A stretch of DNA of 55,711 nucleotides, taken from IMG/VR virus record IMGVR_UViG_3300046822_000225, positions 1 to 55,711 of that record; one strand, given 5' to 3'. Made by a program: the position numbers and the translations under genes. Every line of letters starts with the position of its first letter. Within the stretch, counting starts at the first letter, position 1. Positions 1 to 11,075 of this stretch are shown here, one piece after another. The notes below the pieces were generated by a model. It saw nothing but the letters and a program-made list of their open reading frames with translations. It made no database searches and was not told the DNA's origin. Source of the stretch: a virus (taxonomy: Duplodnaviria; Caudoviricetes).

Positions 1-117
1 CGCTGACAGACACACACAGCAGCCAGACGCCCAAAAGACCCCGTTTTTCCTTGCCCTCGCGCCGTTTCCCGCGCGCGGGGAGAAAGTGGTCTCGCGGTCG
101 AGATCGGACGCCCCTTC

Positions 118-609
118 ATGCCCCGAGACCACACGAGCTACCCGGACGCGCTGCGGCCGCCGGCGCGCGTGAAGACGCAGTGGGCACGCCGCGCTAAGGC
201 GATCGCTGACCGCGGCTACACAGCTCGCTGGACCGCGTTCTGGAAGCGCACCGCGCTTGCGGCACGCAGGCAGCCCGGCTGGAAGGACTCAGACGTCCAT
301 CTGGTCGCCGAGTACGTACGTCGTTGCCGCCTGGCGGAGCTGCATGTCGAGGAAGCCGAAGCCGATCCCTATCCCGCCAACCCGGACTCAGGGTTCCTAC
401 GGCCGCATCCGGGATGGGAACGCTCCCTTGGCGAAGCGCGCGAGGCGCGCGCGATCGCCGCGGCGCTCGGTCTGCTGCCGTCGACACGTCGCGCGGCCGC
501 GATCGACGTTCCCAAGATCGACAACCCGCGCTCCGCCGGCAAGGCATCGCAGCCGGAGAACGGCGGCTGGATCGACAACCAGCGCGGCGCGGATGGCCAA
601 CCGCTCTAG
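118..609 (+). CDS. terS: Terminase small subunit (P27-like)
   Basis: First gene, overlapping terL; RPHP motif followed by ALGLLPSTRR, resembling the P27-family LGLTPxxR. Confidence 0.8.
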   Translation: MPRDHTSYPDALRPPARVKTQWARRAKAIADRGYTARWTAFWKRTALAARRQPGWKDSDVHLVAEYVRRCRLAELHVEEAEADPYPANPDSGFLRPHPGWERSLGEAREARAIAAALGLLPSTRRAAAIDVPKIDNPRSAGKASQPENGGWIDNQRGADGQPL

Positions 610-2233
610 GCGGCTGCCGCCCGGCGTTCGCCTGCCGCAGTGGTCACCCGCCAACGAGACGCTCGAGCACTTCGAGCGCTTCGCGCACTCGCTGTGGGTC
701 CCTGGCGCCGGTGAGCGCCTGCGGTTGCGCTCGTTTCAGCTGTGCAAGCTGGAGGACTACTTCGCCGGCGACCCCGTCGACCCGGAGTTCTTCTCCCACC
801 TCTGGCTGGAGCCGACGGGGCAGGGCAAATCGGGGCTCCTCGGTGCGGTGGCGCTTCACCACAGCACCTACTGCGTACCGCGCCCGCGCGTGTTCGTCAT
901 CGGCGGCACGTTCTCCCAAGCGCGCAACACGACCGACGCGGCGGCCGGGTTCGTCTTCGAGGCCAAGGCGCACCGCGAGCTGCTAGGCGCGTGGTGGGAT
1001 CCGCAGGAGCACTCCGGTGGCCGGCTGCTGCCGCTATGGCTGGATGACGTGGATGTCGGCATCTTCGCGCGCTCCGCTGGCCGCACGCGCGAGGCCGCCG
1101 GCGGCGCGAGCGTGGAAGGCAAGAACCCGACGCTCATCCTGGTCGAGGAGAAGCACCGCCACGCCGACGGCGGAGCTGCCGTCAACACGCTGATCACCAA
1201 GACGATCAAGGCGGCCGCCGTCGGCCGCGCCGTGAAGGTCGTGACCGTCACGACCGCAGGCACCGACCGCAAAAGCGCGCTTGGCCGCGACATTGCCAGG
1301 GTCACCGACGAGCTGGCCGGCGCGAAGGTGCAGCGCGGGCTGCGCCCGGGCGAGTACTACACCCGCGCGATCGACGCCGACGGCGACACCGTCGCGCACA
1401 TGTGGGAGGTGCCGGAGCAGATCTCGCCGCCCAGCGACGACTCCGACACCGCCGCACTGGAAGAGTTCCTCGGGCACGTCAAGCGCGCAAACCCCGCCGA
1501 GTGGATCACGGTCAAGGGCCTCAAACGGATCTGGCGGTCGATGAACCGCCACGGGCGCTGGATGTTCCTGCGCCAGAACGCCAACCAGTGGGTCGCGACC
1601 GGCTTCGCCGCAATCGACCGCGGCCAGTGGGCGCACCTGAAGGTCAACGAACTGGAGATCCCCGCCGGCAAGGGCGTGCGCGTATTCGTCGGCCTGGACC
1701 GGGCGTCAAAGTGGGACAGCACCGCGATCGTTCCCGTCTGGAAGCCTAAGGACGGCGGCCGCATACGCGTCGCCGGCGCCACTATCCTGGAGTCACCGCG
1801 CAACGGCAAGCGCCGACGCACACGCGAGGTCGGCGAGCTGCTGGAGACGATGCGGCTGCGCTGGCCGGACATGGTGATCGTCTTCGATCGCAACCAAGGA
1901 GGCGGCGACGTCGCCGAGGAGCTCGAGGAAGAGCACGGCCTGACGATCATCGACCACGACCAGGGGCAGGCGTTCGACCTCGCGTCGATGCGCCTGGCCG
2001 AGTACGTCGAACAGGCCAAGCTCGAGCACGACGGCAACGCCAAGCTGTCTGCGCACGTGCTCGCCGCAGTCCTGCGCGAGACGTCGGGCGGGAAGCGCTG
2101 GCGCGGAGAAGCGCCCGATGACGAGACCCAGATCGATGGGTTCGACGCGCTCGCGATGGCGCTGCACATGGCGAGCACCGCCGACGACGACAAGCCCTTC
2201 AACCTCGCGGACTACCGGATCGGAGTGCTATGA
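593..2233 (+). CDS. terL: Terminase large subunit
   Basis: Walker A PTGQGKS, Walker B ILVEEKH, nuclease GLDRA..DSTA and C-terminal IDGFDALAMA; ATG 593 preferred over 257. Confidence 0.92.
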   Translation: MANRSRRLPPGVRLPQWSPANETLEHFERFAHSLWVPGAGERLRLRSFQLCKLEDYFAGDPVDPEFFSHLWLEPTGQGKSGLLGAVALHHSTYCVPRPRVFVIGGTFSQARNTTDAAAGFVFEAKAHRELLGAWWDPQEHSGGRLLPLWLDDVDVGIFARSAGRTREAAGGASVEGKNPTLILVEEKHRHADGGAAVNTLITKTIKAAAVGRAVKVVTVTTAGTDRKSALGRDIARVTDELAGAKVQRGLRPGEYYTRAIDADGDTVAHMWEVPEQISPPSDDSDTAALEEFLGHVKRANPAEWITVKGLKRIWRSMNRHGRWMFLRQNANQWVATGFAAIDRGQWAHLKVNELEIPAGKGVRVFVGLDRASKWDSTAIVPVWKPKDGGRIRVAGATILESPRNGKRRRTREVGELLETMRLRWPDMVIVFDRNQGGGDVAEELEEEHGLTIIDHDQGQAFDLASMRLAEYVEQAKLEHDGNAKLSAHVLAAVLRETSGGKRWRGEAPDDETQIDGFDALAMALHMASTADDDKPFNLADYRIGVL

Positions 2234-2628
2234 CCACCACCACGATCTGCGTCACCGTCCTGTGCCTCGCCGCCGTCGCCGCATGGCTGATCCGCTCCAA
2301 CTGCAAGGACCAGAACGCGATACGACGGCTGGGCGTGGATCGCCAGGCGGCCGCCGAGGCGTCTACCAGCGAGCTCGCCGACGCGGTTCGCGCCGTCAGA
2401 CGTGTCGCTGAGCGCTTGGCACCCGCGCCGACGCGGACGGGCAGGCCCACGACGATCCACACGCACGACCACCTCACGATCACAGGCGTCGTGCTCGACG
2501 AATACGAGGACCGCACGCGCCTGACGGATGCGCGCCTGGTCACAAGCGCCGGCGAGCAGCCGGTGCCCGGCGGCGTGGCGACGATCCTGAAGGCCAACGA
2601 GTCCTGGCGCCAGGAGCACGGCGGCTGA
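2230..2628 (+). CDS. Hypothetical protein with N-terminal TM helix
   Basis: Overlaps terL stop and portal start; hydrophobic N-terminus. Confidence 0.65.
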   Translation: MTTTTICVTVLCLAAVAAWLIRSNCKDQNAIRRLGVDRQAAAEASTSELADAVRAVRRVAERLAPAPTRTGRPTTIHTHDHLTITGVVLDEYEDRTRLTDARLVTSAGEQPVPGGVATILKANESWRQEHGG

Positions 2629-3938
2629 TGGGCGTCATGTACGACATGGATCTCGGCCCGATCGAGATCGCGCCCGGGCGCGGAGACCTGCGGTTCAGCT
2701 CGCGGCCCGCCTACGCAGCATGGACACCGTCAACGGTCGCGCTGACTCATCGCCGAGTCAGCTACGCGCAGATCTTCGCGACCCAGCCGATGATCGCCGC
2801 AGCGGTCATGCGCCTGCTCAGCTGGAGCGTGCGCGTCCCGCTGAAGGTCTATCGCCGCACCGGTGAGGACTCTCGCGAGCGCCTGAGGCCCGGCGACCAT
2901 GTGCTCGCCGACGCGATCGCGACACCATGGGAGCGCGGCACGACAGCGCAGCTGGTCATGAGCCTGCTCGGCCCGCTGCTCGTGCACGGCAACGCGCTGG
3001 ACGCGATCGACGAGGGCGCCGGCGGCGCGATCCGCTTCCTGCCGGCCGACTACCGGTTCGCGCGCCCGATCATGCCGTGGCGCGACACGATCGCCGGCTG
3101 GGAACTGGACATCGACCACCCCGACACGCACCGCAGCATCAGCGTCGACGACATGCTGCACGTGACCTGGTGGTCGCCGCTGGGCCCGCTCGGCGTCAGC
3201 CCGCTGCAGCAGCTCGGCGTGACACTGAACATCGAGGACGCCGCCCAGCGCCACCAGCAGTCGATGCTGCGAAACGGCGCCCGCCCTCCCTCGGCGATCA
3301 TCGCCAGCCCGGACTTCATCGCCCAGGAAGACGACTTCAAACGCACGATGATGGACCAGCTGCGTGCCGACATCACGCAGCTGTACTCAGGTCCGGAGAA
3401 CTCCGGCCGGCCCGCGCTCCTGCCACCAGGCCTGGACTGGAAGCAGGTCGGACACACCGCTGTCGAGGCTGAGCTGATCAGCCAGCGTCTCGTCGCCCGC
3501 GAGGAGATCGGCGCCGTCTACCACCTGCCGCCGGGCGTACTCGGCCTGCACCTCGACAAGGGCACGACCCTCCCCGAGCAGCGCCAGATGGCGTACATGG
3601 ACGGGCTCGCACCACCGCTCATCCTGATCGAGCAGATCATCAACGCCCAGCTGATCCAGGCGCTGCTGCGCGAGAACGACATCTTCGTCGAGCACGACTT
3701 CGCGGGAATCCTGCGCGGCGACCGCCTCAAGGAGGTCGAAGCGATCCGCGGATCCATCGCGAGCGCGCTCATGACCCCCAACGAGGGCCGCTCGACGCTG
3801 AATCTCCCGCGCTCCGACCAGGCGGGCATGAACGACTTCTACCTGCCACGCAACAACCTCTGGCCGCTCTCCGTGCCCTACCCGCAGAACGGCATGGGCG
3901 CAGACGCCAACGCGGCGCCCGACGGCGCTGCCATCTAG
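2628..3938 (+). CDS. HK97-family portal protein
   Basis: [34 protein letters not shown] motifs; position after terL. Confidence 0.93.
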   Translation: MGVMYDMDLGPIEIAPGRGDLRFSSRPAYAAWTPSTVALTHRRVSYAQIFATQPMIAAAVMRLLSWSVRVPLKVYRRTGEDSRERLRPGDHVLADAIATPWERGTTAQLVMSLLGPLLVHGNALDAIDEGAGGAIRFLPADYRFARPIMPWRDTIAGWELDIDHPDTHRSISVDDMLHVTWWSPLGPLGVSPLQQLGVTLNIEDAAQRHQQSMLRNGARPPSAIIASPDFIAQEDDFKRTMMDQLRADITQLYSGPENSGRPALLPPGLDWKQVGHTAVEAELISQRLVAREEIGAVYHLPPGVLGLHLDKGTTLPEQRQMAYMDGLAPPLILIEQIINAQLIQALLRENDIFVEHDFAGILRGDRLKEVEAIRGSIASALMTPNEGRSTLNLPRSDQAGMNDFYLPRNNLWPLSVPYPQNGMGADANAAPDGAAI

Positions 3939-3981
3939 CACCCGCGCGACCGCGCGACCAACCGACCCCCAGGAGGTCCAG

Positions 3982-5064
3982 ATGCCGGATTCCTCGCGGA
4001 CCGCTGCCCGCGACCTGTACACGCAGGCCGCTGTCGCCGGGGTCGCACCGCTGATGCTCGGCTGCTCACCCTGGGCTGTGCGCGGCGACATGCTGCCGCG
4101 TCTGGCTGCCGCGGCCGCGCTGCCGATCCTCGCGGGGTTCACGACCAGCGCCGCCGCACCGACCGATCAGCCGATCAGCGGCGGCGTCGCAGTGATCCCG
4201 CTGACCGGCATCATCACCCCGCAGGGCTCCTGGATGAGCTTCCTGTTCGGCGGCGCGCCCGGCGGACTGGCCGCGTTCATGGAGGCCTTCGACGCCGCCA
4301 TCAACTCGCCGGACGTCACCGCGATCGTGATAGACGTCGACTCACCAGGCGGCCTGTGCGACATGGTTCCCGAGACCGCCGCGGAGATCCGCGAAGCACG
4401 CGGCAGCAAACCGATCGTCGCGATCGCCGACACCATGATGTGCTCGGCCGCGTACTGGATCGCTTCCCAGGCCGACGAGATCGTCGCGACACCCAGCGGC
4501 TACGCCGGCTCGGTCGGCGTCTATCGCGTGCACGAGGACTGGTCGCGCTGGAACACAGAGGCCGGCATCGCCGTCACGTACGTGCATGCCGGCCAGTACA
4601 AGGTCGAGGGCAACCCCGACGAGCCGCTGGACCAGGAAGCGCGCGACCAGTGGCAGTCCGACGTCGACGACATCTACGCGATGTTCGTTGCCGACGTCGC
4701 GCAGGCGCGCGGTATCAGCACCGACGATGTCATCGCCAACTATGGCGAGGGCCGCACCCTTAACGCGCAGCGTGCGCTGGACGCCGGCGTCATCGATCGC
4801 ATCGGGACCTACGAGGACGTCGTAGGTGCCCTGATCGGGGGCCGCACAGGCACCGCAGCGAGCGCTGCGACCGCGAGACCGCGGCGCATCACCGCCGCGA
4901 AGCCCCGGCCAACCGGCACCGCCACTCAAAACGAACTGCGCGCCGAGCTCGGCCTCCCGAGCATCGACAAACCAGCTGGTCAAGACACCGATGCGGGCAA
5001 GCCGGCCGAGATGAGCGATGAGCAGCGCGAGATCCGCGCCGCCCAGCTCCTCGCCGACGACTGA
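3982..5064 (+). CDS. S49/SppA-type prohead protease
   Basis: IDVDSPGG, CSAAYWIAS, GSVGV, AGQYK motifs; RBS AGGAGG upstream. Confidence 0.92.
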   Translation: MPDSSRTAARDLYTQAAVAGVAPLMLGCSPWAVRGDMLPRLAAAAALPILAGFTTSAAAPTDQPISGGVAVIPLTGIITPQGSWMSFLFGGAPGGLAAFMEAFDAAINSPDVTAIVIDVDSPGGLCDMVPETAAEIREARGSKPIVAIADTMMCSAAYWIASQADEIVATPSGYAGSVGVYRVHEDWSRWNTEAGIAVTYVHAGQYKVEGNPDEPLDQEARDQWQSDVDDIYAMFVADVAQARGISTDDVIANYGEGRTLNAQRALDAGVIDRIGTYEDVVGALIGGRTGTAASAATARPRRITAAKPRPTGTATQNELRAELGLPSIDKPAGQDTDAGKPAEMSDEQREIRAAQLLADD

Positions 5065-5157
5065 CCCGCTCGCACCCCTGCTTCGCCCCGACGGGGCGGC
5101 GAAATCGCGGCCAACGGGCCGCAAACCCATGCCCCACCAAGGAGGGCGAAACACACC

Positions 5158-6438
5158 ATGCCAGCCACAGCGACCCCCACGCTCAAGGACCGCCTGAAGG
5201 AGGTCCGCGAGAGCCTGTCCGCGCTGCGCGACACGCGCGCCGCGGCGCTCATCGAGCGTGACGCCGCCAAGAAGTCCTTCGCGGGCGCCACCGACATCAG
5301 CAAGGACTCGCCGGAATTCCTGGCGGCCAAGGAAGCCGTCCGCAAGGTCGGTGAGACGGAGGACAAGATCACCGACCTCAAGGAGGTCGAGGTCGGCATC
5401 CTTGAGATGCTCGGCCAGCACGACGAGATCGCCACCGCCACCAAGGCCGCCGGCAGCGACGAGAGCCGCGAGCAGCATGGCTGGAACGCCGCGCGCCTGC
5501 TGCAGGGCGAGGACATCCGCCGTCAGCTCGCGCACGCCGCCACCACCCAGGAGCGCGTCGGACCGATCCGCCTCGGCGAGGTCGCGAGCCGCGAGACGCT
5601 CGCCGCCGACATCGCGCCGACCTCCAACCAGCGGCGCGGCGACTACTACGGCATCGTGCCGCAGCTGCTGCGCCCGCTGACGATCCTCGACATCCTGCCG
5701 ACCGCCACGATGAACGGCAACCTCCTGCCGTACACCGTCGAGTCCGGGTCGTTCCTGGCCGCGGAGACCGCTGAGGGCTCCACCAAGCCCGAGGACAGCG
5801 TCATCTACACCGACGCGTCGGCGCAGGCGCAGACGATCGCGGCGTGGATGAAGATCCGCAAGCAGGCCCTGGAGGACGTCCAGGCGATGCAGGGCATCAT
5901 CGACAACCGCCTGCGCTACTCCGTGCGTCGCCGCCTCGAGGCCCAGGTCCTCAACGGCAACGGCAGCGACCCGAACCTGCGCGGCATCCTTCAGACCAGC
6001 GGGATCGGCGCCGTCGCGTTTGACGCCGGCGAGCTCGTCGCCGACCAGATCCTGTCCGGCATCACGCTCGTTCTGCTCGCCGACGCAATGGCGGACGGCA
6101 TCGCTCTGCACCCGACCGACTGGCAGACCGTTCTGAAGGCCAAAGCCAGCGGCGACGGGCACTACTTCTCCGGCGGCCCGTTCACGATGACGCCGCAGGT
6201 GATGTGGGGAATCCCGCTGATCCCATCCAAGGCGATCCCTGTCGGACACTCGCTCGTCGGCGACTACTCGATCGGCGCGACGCTGTTCATCCGCACCGGC
6301 GTCAGCGTCTCGCTGTCGGACTCCGACCAGGACGACTTCATCAGGAACCGCATGACGTTGCTCGGTGAGATGCGCGCCGCGCTGGCCGTGTTCCGGCCGT
6401 CCGCGTTCGTCGACGTCGACCTCAGCGCCGCGCCGTGA
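5158..6438 (+). CDS. HK97-fold major capsid protein with N-terminal coiled-coil (delta) domain
   Basis: AEGSTKP, LNGNG...LRGIL, WGIP, FIRNRMTLLGEMRAALAV; RBS AAGGAGG. Confidence 0.93.
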   Translation: MPATATPTLKDRLKEVRESLSALRDTRAAALIERDAAKKSFAGATDISKDSPEFLAAKEAVRKVGETEDKITDLKEVEVGILEMLGQHDEIATATKAAGSDESREQHGWNAARLLQGEDIRRQLAHAATTQERVGPIRLGEVASRETLAADIAPTSNQRRGDYYGIVPQLLRPLTILDILPTATMNGNLLPYTVESGSFLAAETAEGSTKPEDSVIYTDASAQAQTIAAWMKIRKQALEDVQAMQGIIDNRLRYSVRRRLEAQVLNGNGSDPNLRGILQTSGIGAVAFDAGELVADQILSGITLVLLADAMADGIALHPTDWQTVLKAKASGDGHYFSGGPFTMTPQVMWGIPLIPSKAIPVGHSLVGDYSIGATLFIRTGVSVSLSDSDQDDFIRNRMTLLGEMRAALAVFRPSAFVDVDLSAAP

Positions 6439-6806
6439 GCCCGCTCGACAGGCAGGGCAACTACTTCCCGGGCGACGTCGCTCGCCCGGACGCCGCGTTC
6501 GCATCCGCGACGAAGACAACGTCCGGCAACGACACGGCCTTCAACACCAACCAGGCCAAGTCGCTGGAGGCGTTCCTCACCGTCACCGCGGCGTCAGGAA
6601 CAACCCCCACGCTCGACGTGCGCCTGGAGACCTCGGTCGACGCCGGAGCGACATGGCGCACCGTCGCCTCACTCGCACAGATCACAGTGGCCGGCGCGCG
6701 CAACGGCGTGCTCGGACCGCTCGGCGACCAGTGCCGATGGGCCTGGACCATCGCCGGCACCACGCCCTCGTTCACGTTCAGCATCGCGGTGGAGGCGAAC
6801 AACTAG
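6435..6806 (+). CDS. Putative capsid decoration protein (beta-rich)
   Basis: Overlaps capsid stop; GTTPTLDVRLETSVD..W..RWAWTIAGTTPSFTF beta-sandwich-like pattern. Confidence 0.55.
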   Translation: MSPLDRQGNYFPGDVARPDAAFASATKTTSGNDTAFNTNQAKSLEAFLTVTAASGTTPTLDVRLETSVDAGATWRTVASLAQITVAGARNGVLGPLGDQCRWAWTIAGTTPSFTFSIAVEANN

Positions 6807-7139
6807 ATGACCACCTTCTACAGCCAGACCGACCTGCCGCTCTGCGAGCAGGACATGACCGTCGCCCAGATCATCGATCACGGCGTCGAGATCAAGCGCA
6901 AGCTGTTCGCCGGCCAGCGCGTACCCGCCGACCTCATCGAGGCCTACCACGCCGCCACCGGCGACGAGCCGGTCGCCGACGAGTCGGCGACCGGCCCGGA
7001 CTACTCGAAGATGACGCCGGAGGATCTCCGCGCGCTCGTCGACGAACGCCAGCTGCAGGTTCAGGGCAGCGGCGCGAACGGCAACATCATCAAGACGGAC
7101 CTCGTCAACGCCCTCGTCGCCTCCGACAGCGCGGACTGA
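6807..7139 (+). CDS. Small protein with C-terminal HeH/SAP- or E3-binding-like motif
   Basis: YSKMTPEDLRALVDER..GSGANGNIIKTDLVNAL. Confidence 0.6.
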   Translation: MTTFYSQTDLPLCEQDMTVAQIIDHGVEIKRKLFAGQRVPADLIEAYHAATGDEPVADESATGPDYSKMTPEDLRALVDERQLQVQGSGANGNIIKTDLVNALVASDSAD

Positions 7140-7148
7140 TCTCAGTCC

Positions 7149-7514
7149 ATGCCGGACCTGAGCGTCGCCGCCCAACTCGAAGTCGACGCGGGCGGCGGCA
7201 CCACCCGGCAACTCTCCGTCAACGACTTCACGGCGCCGGCGACAGGTGCCGCGACCGAGATCACCCAGACGGCGATCCTCGCGTCACTGGATCACCTGAT
7301 CGCGGTAGTTGCAGCCCACGCGTCGCAGACGTTCGTGCAGTCATCACCCTCGGCGATCTGGGTGATCGTGCACAACATGGGTGGTCACCCCACCGTGACC
7401 GTCGTGGACTCCGGCGGCACCCTGCAGCTTGGCGGTGTCACCTACGACAGCGATGCCCAAGTGACCGTCACGTTCTCCGCGCCGTTCAGCGGCAAGGCAT
7501 ACCTGAGCCTCTAA
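7149..7514 (+). CDS. Putative virion fibre-associated protein
   Basis: C-terminal WVIVHNMGGHPTVTVVD..VTVTFSAPFSGKAYL domain, similar to the end of the next gene. Confidence 0.6.
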   Translation: MPDLSVAAQLEVDAGGGTTRQLSVNDFTAPATGAATEITQTAILASLDHLIAVVAAHASQTFVQSSPSAIWVIVHNMGGHPTVTVVDSGGTLQLGGVTYDSDAQVTVTFSAPFSGKAYLSL

Positions 7515-7527
7515 GGAGGCCCCCCGC

Positions 7528-8628
7528 ATGACCGTCTCGGTCCTTGACCCCCTTGATCTGAACCTCAATCAGATCCTCAACATGCTGCTGCAGGTCCTCG
7601 CGTCCAACCCCGGGTCGGGGCCCGAGGGACGCCTGCTCTACAACAGCACCACCAAGAAGATTCAGTGGCACAACGGCACGACATACGTCGGCCCGTACTT
7701 TGACACGACGCGCCTGGATCAGATCACCGCGCCGGCCGCGAGCGTCAGCCTCAGCTCGCAGAAGATCACCAACCTCCTCGACGGCACCGGGCCACAGGAC
7801 GCCGTCTCGAAGGCACAGCTGGATGCCGCGACGCTCGGCATCACCAACAAGCACGTCGCGAGCGTCGTGTCACTCGCCAACCAGACTCTGTCGGGCTTGC
7901 CGACGACCGACTCGATCACGCTGACGGATGGCCAGGTCACTCTGCTCACCGCGCAGACGACGCCATCCCAGAACGGCCTCTGGGCCGTGCACTCCGGCGC
8001 TTGGACGCGACCGTCGTTCTTCGCGACCGGATCTGACGCGGCCGGCTCATACGTCTTCATCGAGCAGGGCACCATCTGGAACACGACCGGTTGGTCGATC
8101 AGCGGTGGCAGCCCGATCACCATCGACACGACCGCTCAGACCTGGACGCAATTCTCCGGGACAGGCGAGATCACCGCCGGCGCGGGTCTCTCGAAGACCG
8201 GCAACACCCTCGACGTCAACGTCGACAACTCCTCGATCGAGATCAACGCCGACACTCTGCGCGTCAAAGCGCTCGGGATCGTCAACGCGATGATCGCGAA
8301 CACCACGATCGACCTCACCACGAAGGTCACCGGCCTGCTCCCCGTGCTCAATGGCGGCACCGGGGCATCCACGGCGGCGGGCGCCCGCACGAACATCGGC
8401 GCCGTCGGCAAGTTCGCGGCAGACGTCACCGGCGACGGCTCAACGACATCCTTCGCGGTCACGCACAACCTTGGAACGCTCGACCTCTCCGGTGCAGAGG
8501 TTTGGGAAGTCAGCACCGGCGGCGAGGTCATCATCGAGAAGATCAAGACCAGCACCAACGTGCTGACCGTCAACTTCGGGACCGCACCAGCTGTCGCCAA
8601 GGTCTACCGCGTCGTCGTCAGCGCCTGA
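7528..8628 (+). CDS. Putative fibre/structural protein
   Basis: KITNL..DAVSKAQLD, QT.PSQNGLW, ITAGAGLSKTGNTL, LPVLNGGTGA, VTHNLGT motifs typical of phage fibres. Confidence 0.7.
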   Translation: MTVSVLDPLDLNLNQILNMLLQVLASNPGSGPEGRLLYNSTTKKIQWHNGTTYVGPYFDTTRLDQITAPAASVSLSSQKITNLLDGTGPQDAVSKAQLDAATLGITNKHVASVVSLANQTLSGLPTTDSITLTDGQVTLLTAQTTPSQNGLWAVHSGAWTRPSFFATGSDAAGSYVFIEQGTIWNTTGWSISGGSPITIDTTAQTWTQFSGTGEITAGAGLSKTGNTLDVNVDNSSIEINADTLRVKALGIVNAMIANTTIDLTTKVTGLLPVLNGGTGASTAAGARTNIGAVGKFAADVTGDGSTTSFAVTHNLGTLDLSGAEVWEVSTGGEVIIEKIKTSTNVLTVNFGTAPAVAKVYRVVVSA

Positions 8629-8912
8629 TGACCGTCCCGATTCTCACCCCGATCACGCTGCCCAAGCTCGCGGCCGCTCCCTCCTCCCCAAACGAAGGCG
8701 ACGAGTACTACGACACGACGCTTCACCAGGTCGGCTACTGGAATGGCGTGTCATGGGTGTATGGCAGCTCGAGCTCGGTCCAGCTCACGCCCTACTTCCT
8801 CGCTGACGGCACCACGTTCACGGTGCCAACCAACACCGACGCACAGTCCTCCATGTTCAAGTTCTACGACGGCTTCTGGACCATCGACGGCTTCCTCACC
8901 GACGTCCTATGA
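8628..8912 (+). CDS. Small structural protein
   Basis: TGATG coupling; APSSPNEGDEYYDTT..YWNG.SW fibre-type motif. Confidence 0.6.
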   Translation: MTVPILTPITLPKLAAAPSSPNEGDEYYDTTLHQVGYWNGVSWVYGSSSSVQLTPYFLADGTTFTVPTNTDAQSSMFKFYDGFWTIDGFLTDVL

Positions 8913-10810
8913 CGTGGTTCGCCAGGCAGAAGACCATCCGCGGCACCGGCACCGTCCCGAACCCTACGGACACCGCGCACACCTACATCGGCGTGGACCC
9001 CACGGAAGGGCCCGCGACGAAGGAGAGCACCGGCGCGGTCGGCCTCATCAACAACGGGCGCCCAGGCATCGCGGGCGGGCACGCCAACCAGCGCGGGTTC
9101 GACGTCGAGTCCTACGCCGGCGCGAGCGCGATGGACAAGACCGGTGCGACGAATGCCGCTAACGACGCGGCGTTCACAGCGATGCTCGCGGCGTGGGCGG
9201 CATCGCCGCGCGGCGGCACATGCAACGTCGGCGCGGGCGTCTACAAGGTCAGCGCGGCGATCATCAACTTCGCAAACGCCAACCCCGCCTGCCTGAAGGG
9301 CGCCGACCGAGGCGCGACCGTCCTCGTGCCCGCGGGCGCCACCGGCGACATGGTGACGTTCAACGCTGGCTGCGACGGCTGCTCGATCCAGGACATCGCG
9401 ATCTACCAGACGGCCGCGCCGAACACCGCGGGCAACGGCATCAACACCAACGGCGCCGACAGCATCGTCATCAGCAACTGCCTGTTCGTCGGGCAGTTCA
9501 ACGACATCAATATCAACAGCTCGTCGATCAAGGTCTCGATCCAGAAGACCGTGCACTCCCAGACCAACGGGGCCGCGGGCAGCGTAGGGATCCTCGTCAA
9601 TAACGGGGCCGCAGGCGACACGTACATCGGCCCGGACGTCGTGATGAGCAACACCGGCGCGACGCGCCGGCGCGCGAGCGTCGAGGTCGTCGCGTCAGGG
9701 CACTTCGAGATCAACCAGTGCAACCTCACCGGCAGCGCACAGGGGCTACTCGTCGACCCCGGCGCCGGCGTGATCGTCGCCGATGCCTTCGTCAACGAGA
9801 CACTGTTCGACAGCAACACCGTCAACGGCGTGACGCTGAACGCCGCGACGGCGACGAGCACGATCAAGAGCATCCACTTCGAGAACTCCTGGTTTAGCGG
9901 CACCGTCACGGGGACCGGCGGCGCGGGGTTCGTCAGCACCGGGACAGCCGGCGGCATCATCAACGGCATCACGTTCGTCAACTGCCGCGCGCTGAACAAC
10001 CAGACGCACGGCTACCAGCACGGCTTCGGCACCGACTTCCAATGGATCGGCGGACGCGCCGCCGGCAACGCCGCCGCGGGCTCAGCGACCGCTGACGGCA
10101 TCAACATCGCGGCCGGCGTGAGCGCCTGGCAGGTCATCGGCGGCAAGTACGGCGGCACCGACGGCGCCTCGACCGGCGGCAACCAGCGCTACGGCATCAA
10201 CATCGTCGCGGGCGCGTCCTCGAGCTACGCGATCATCGGCCCCGACTGCTTGGGCAACGTCACCGCGCCGCTGTTCAACGGCGGCACCGGACTGAACCAG
10301 GTCGTCACGGGCGTAATGGGGCTGCTGACGTGCCCTGCGAACCAGGGACCGCAGGCCGTGCTGCCGCTCACGACCGTCACCAGGGCGGGTCTCGGGGTCA
10401 GCATCCCGGCGGGCACGATGCGAGTCGGGACCGCGATCAGGATCAAGTGCTACGTCACGAACACGGCGACGATCCAGACGCTGACGCCGACGCTGAAGTA
10501 CGGCGTCAACAACACCAACGCAGACGCGACGCTCGTTGGCGCAGCGCTTGGAGCGGGCACGAACGTCGTGGGCGGCGCCGAGATCGAAGCCGAGTTCGTG
10601 CTGCTTAGCGCCACGACATGCATGGCCAGGATCACCGTCAAGAACAACGGCGTGACCGGCATCACCAACGCGATCATGACGAACTTCGTGACGACCTCCC
10701 CGGTCACGATCGCGACGAACACCGCGAACTTCCTCGGCCTCTACCTGTCCGACAGCGTCGCGTCGATCGTCACACCGCAGTCCGTCCAGTACGAGGTGTC
10801 ATCGCAATGA
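8909..10810 (+). CDS. Right-handed beta-helix (pectate-lyase-like) spike/depolymerase
   Basis: FDVESYAGA..D.TG..D.AF....GG....G.Y N-terminus and G/N/I-rich beta-helix repeats. Confidence 0.75.
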   Translation: MTWFARQKTIRGTGTVPNPTDTAHTYIGVDPTEGPATKESTGAVGLINNGRPGIAGGHANQRGFDVESYAGASAMDKTGATNAANDAAFTAMLAAWAASPRGGTCNVGAGVYKVSAAIINFANANPACLKGADRGATVLVPAGATGDMVTFNAGCDGCSIQDIAIYQTAAPNTAGNGINTNGADSIVISNCLFVGQFNDININSSSIKVSIQKTVHSQTNGAAGSVGILVNNGAAGDTYIGPDVVMSNTGATRRRASVEVVASGHFEINQCNLTGSAQGLLVDPGAGVIVADAFVNETLFDSNTVNGVTLNAATATSTIKSIHFENSWFSGTVTGTGGAGFVSTGTAGGIINGITFVNCRALNNQTHGYQHGFGTDFQWIGGRAAGNAAAGSATADGINIAAGVSAWQVIGGKYGGTDGASTGGNQRYGINIVAGASSSYAIIGPDCLGNVTAPLFNGGTGLNQVVTGVMGLLTCPANQGPQAVLPLTTVTRAGLGVSIPAGTMRVGTAIRIKCYVTNTATIQTLTPTLKYGVNNTNADATLVGAALGAGTNVVGGAEIEAEFVLLSATTCMARITVKNNGVTGITNAIMTNFVTTSPVTIATNTANFLGLYLSDSVASIVTPQSVQYEVSSQ

Positions 10811-11073
10811 GAGAGCGCACCACCAGGCGCGCGCTCGAGCGCATCGAAGCCAAACGCGAAAAGAAGGCCGCCAACGCGCAGGCGCGCGAACGCACCGAAC
10901 TCGACGACCCCGCTTACCGCGCCGAGCTCGGCCTGCCTGATGAGATGCCCGACGACGCGCTGGACGTCATGGCGCAGGCCGCCGCGCAGATGCGCACCTG
11001 GTACCGGCCCAACCCGGCGACATGCCGGCGCTACGGCCTGCCGGACACGCCGGCTGCCGCATCCCTGGAGTGA
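10807..11073 (+). CDS. Hypothetical protein
   Basis: ATGA overlap with the upstream gene. Confidence 0.55.
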   Translation: MRERTTRRALERIEAKREKKAANAQARERTELDDPAYRAELGLPDEMPDDALDVMAQAAAQMRTWYRPNPATCRRYGLPDTPAAASLE

Positions 11074-11075
11074 CG

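Noticed and set aside
257-592. N-terminal extension of terL
   Set aside because: Overlaps terS out of frame with low-complexity Arg/Ser/Pro sequence; ATG 593 fits better.
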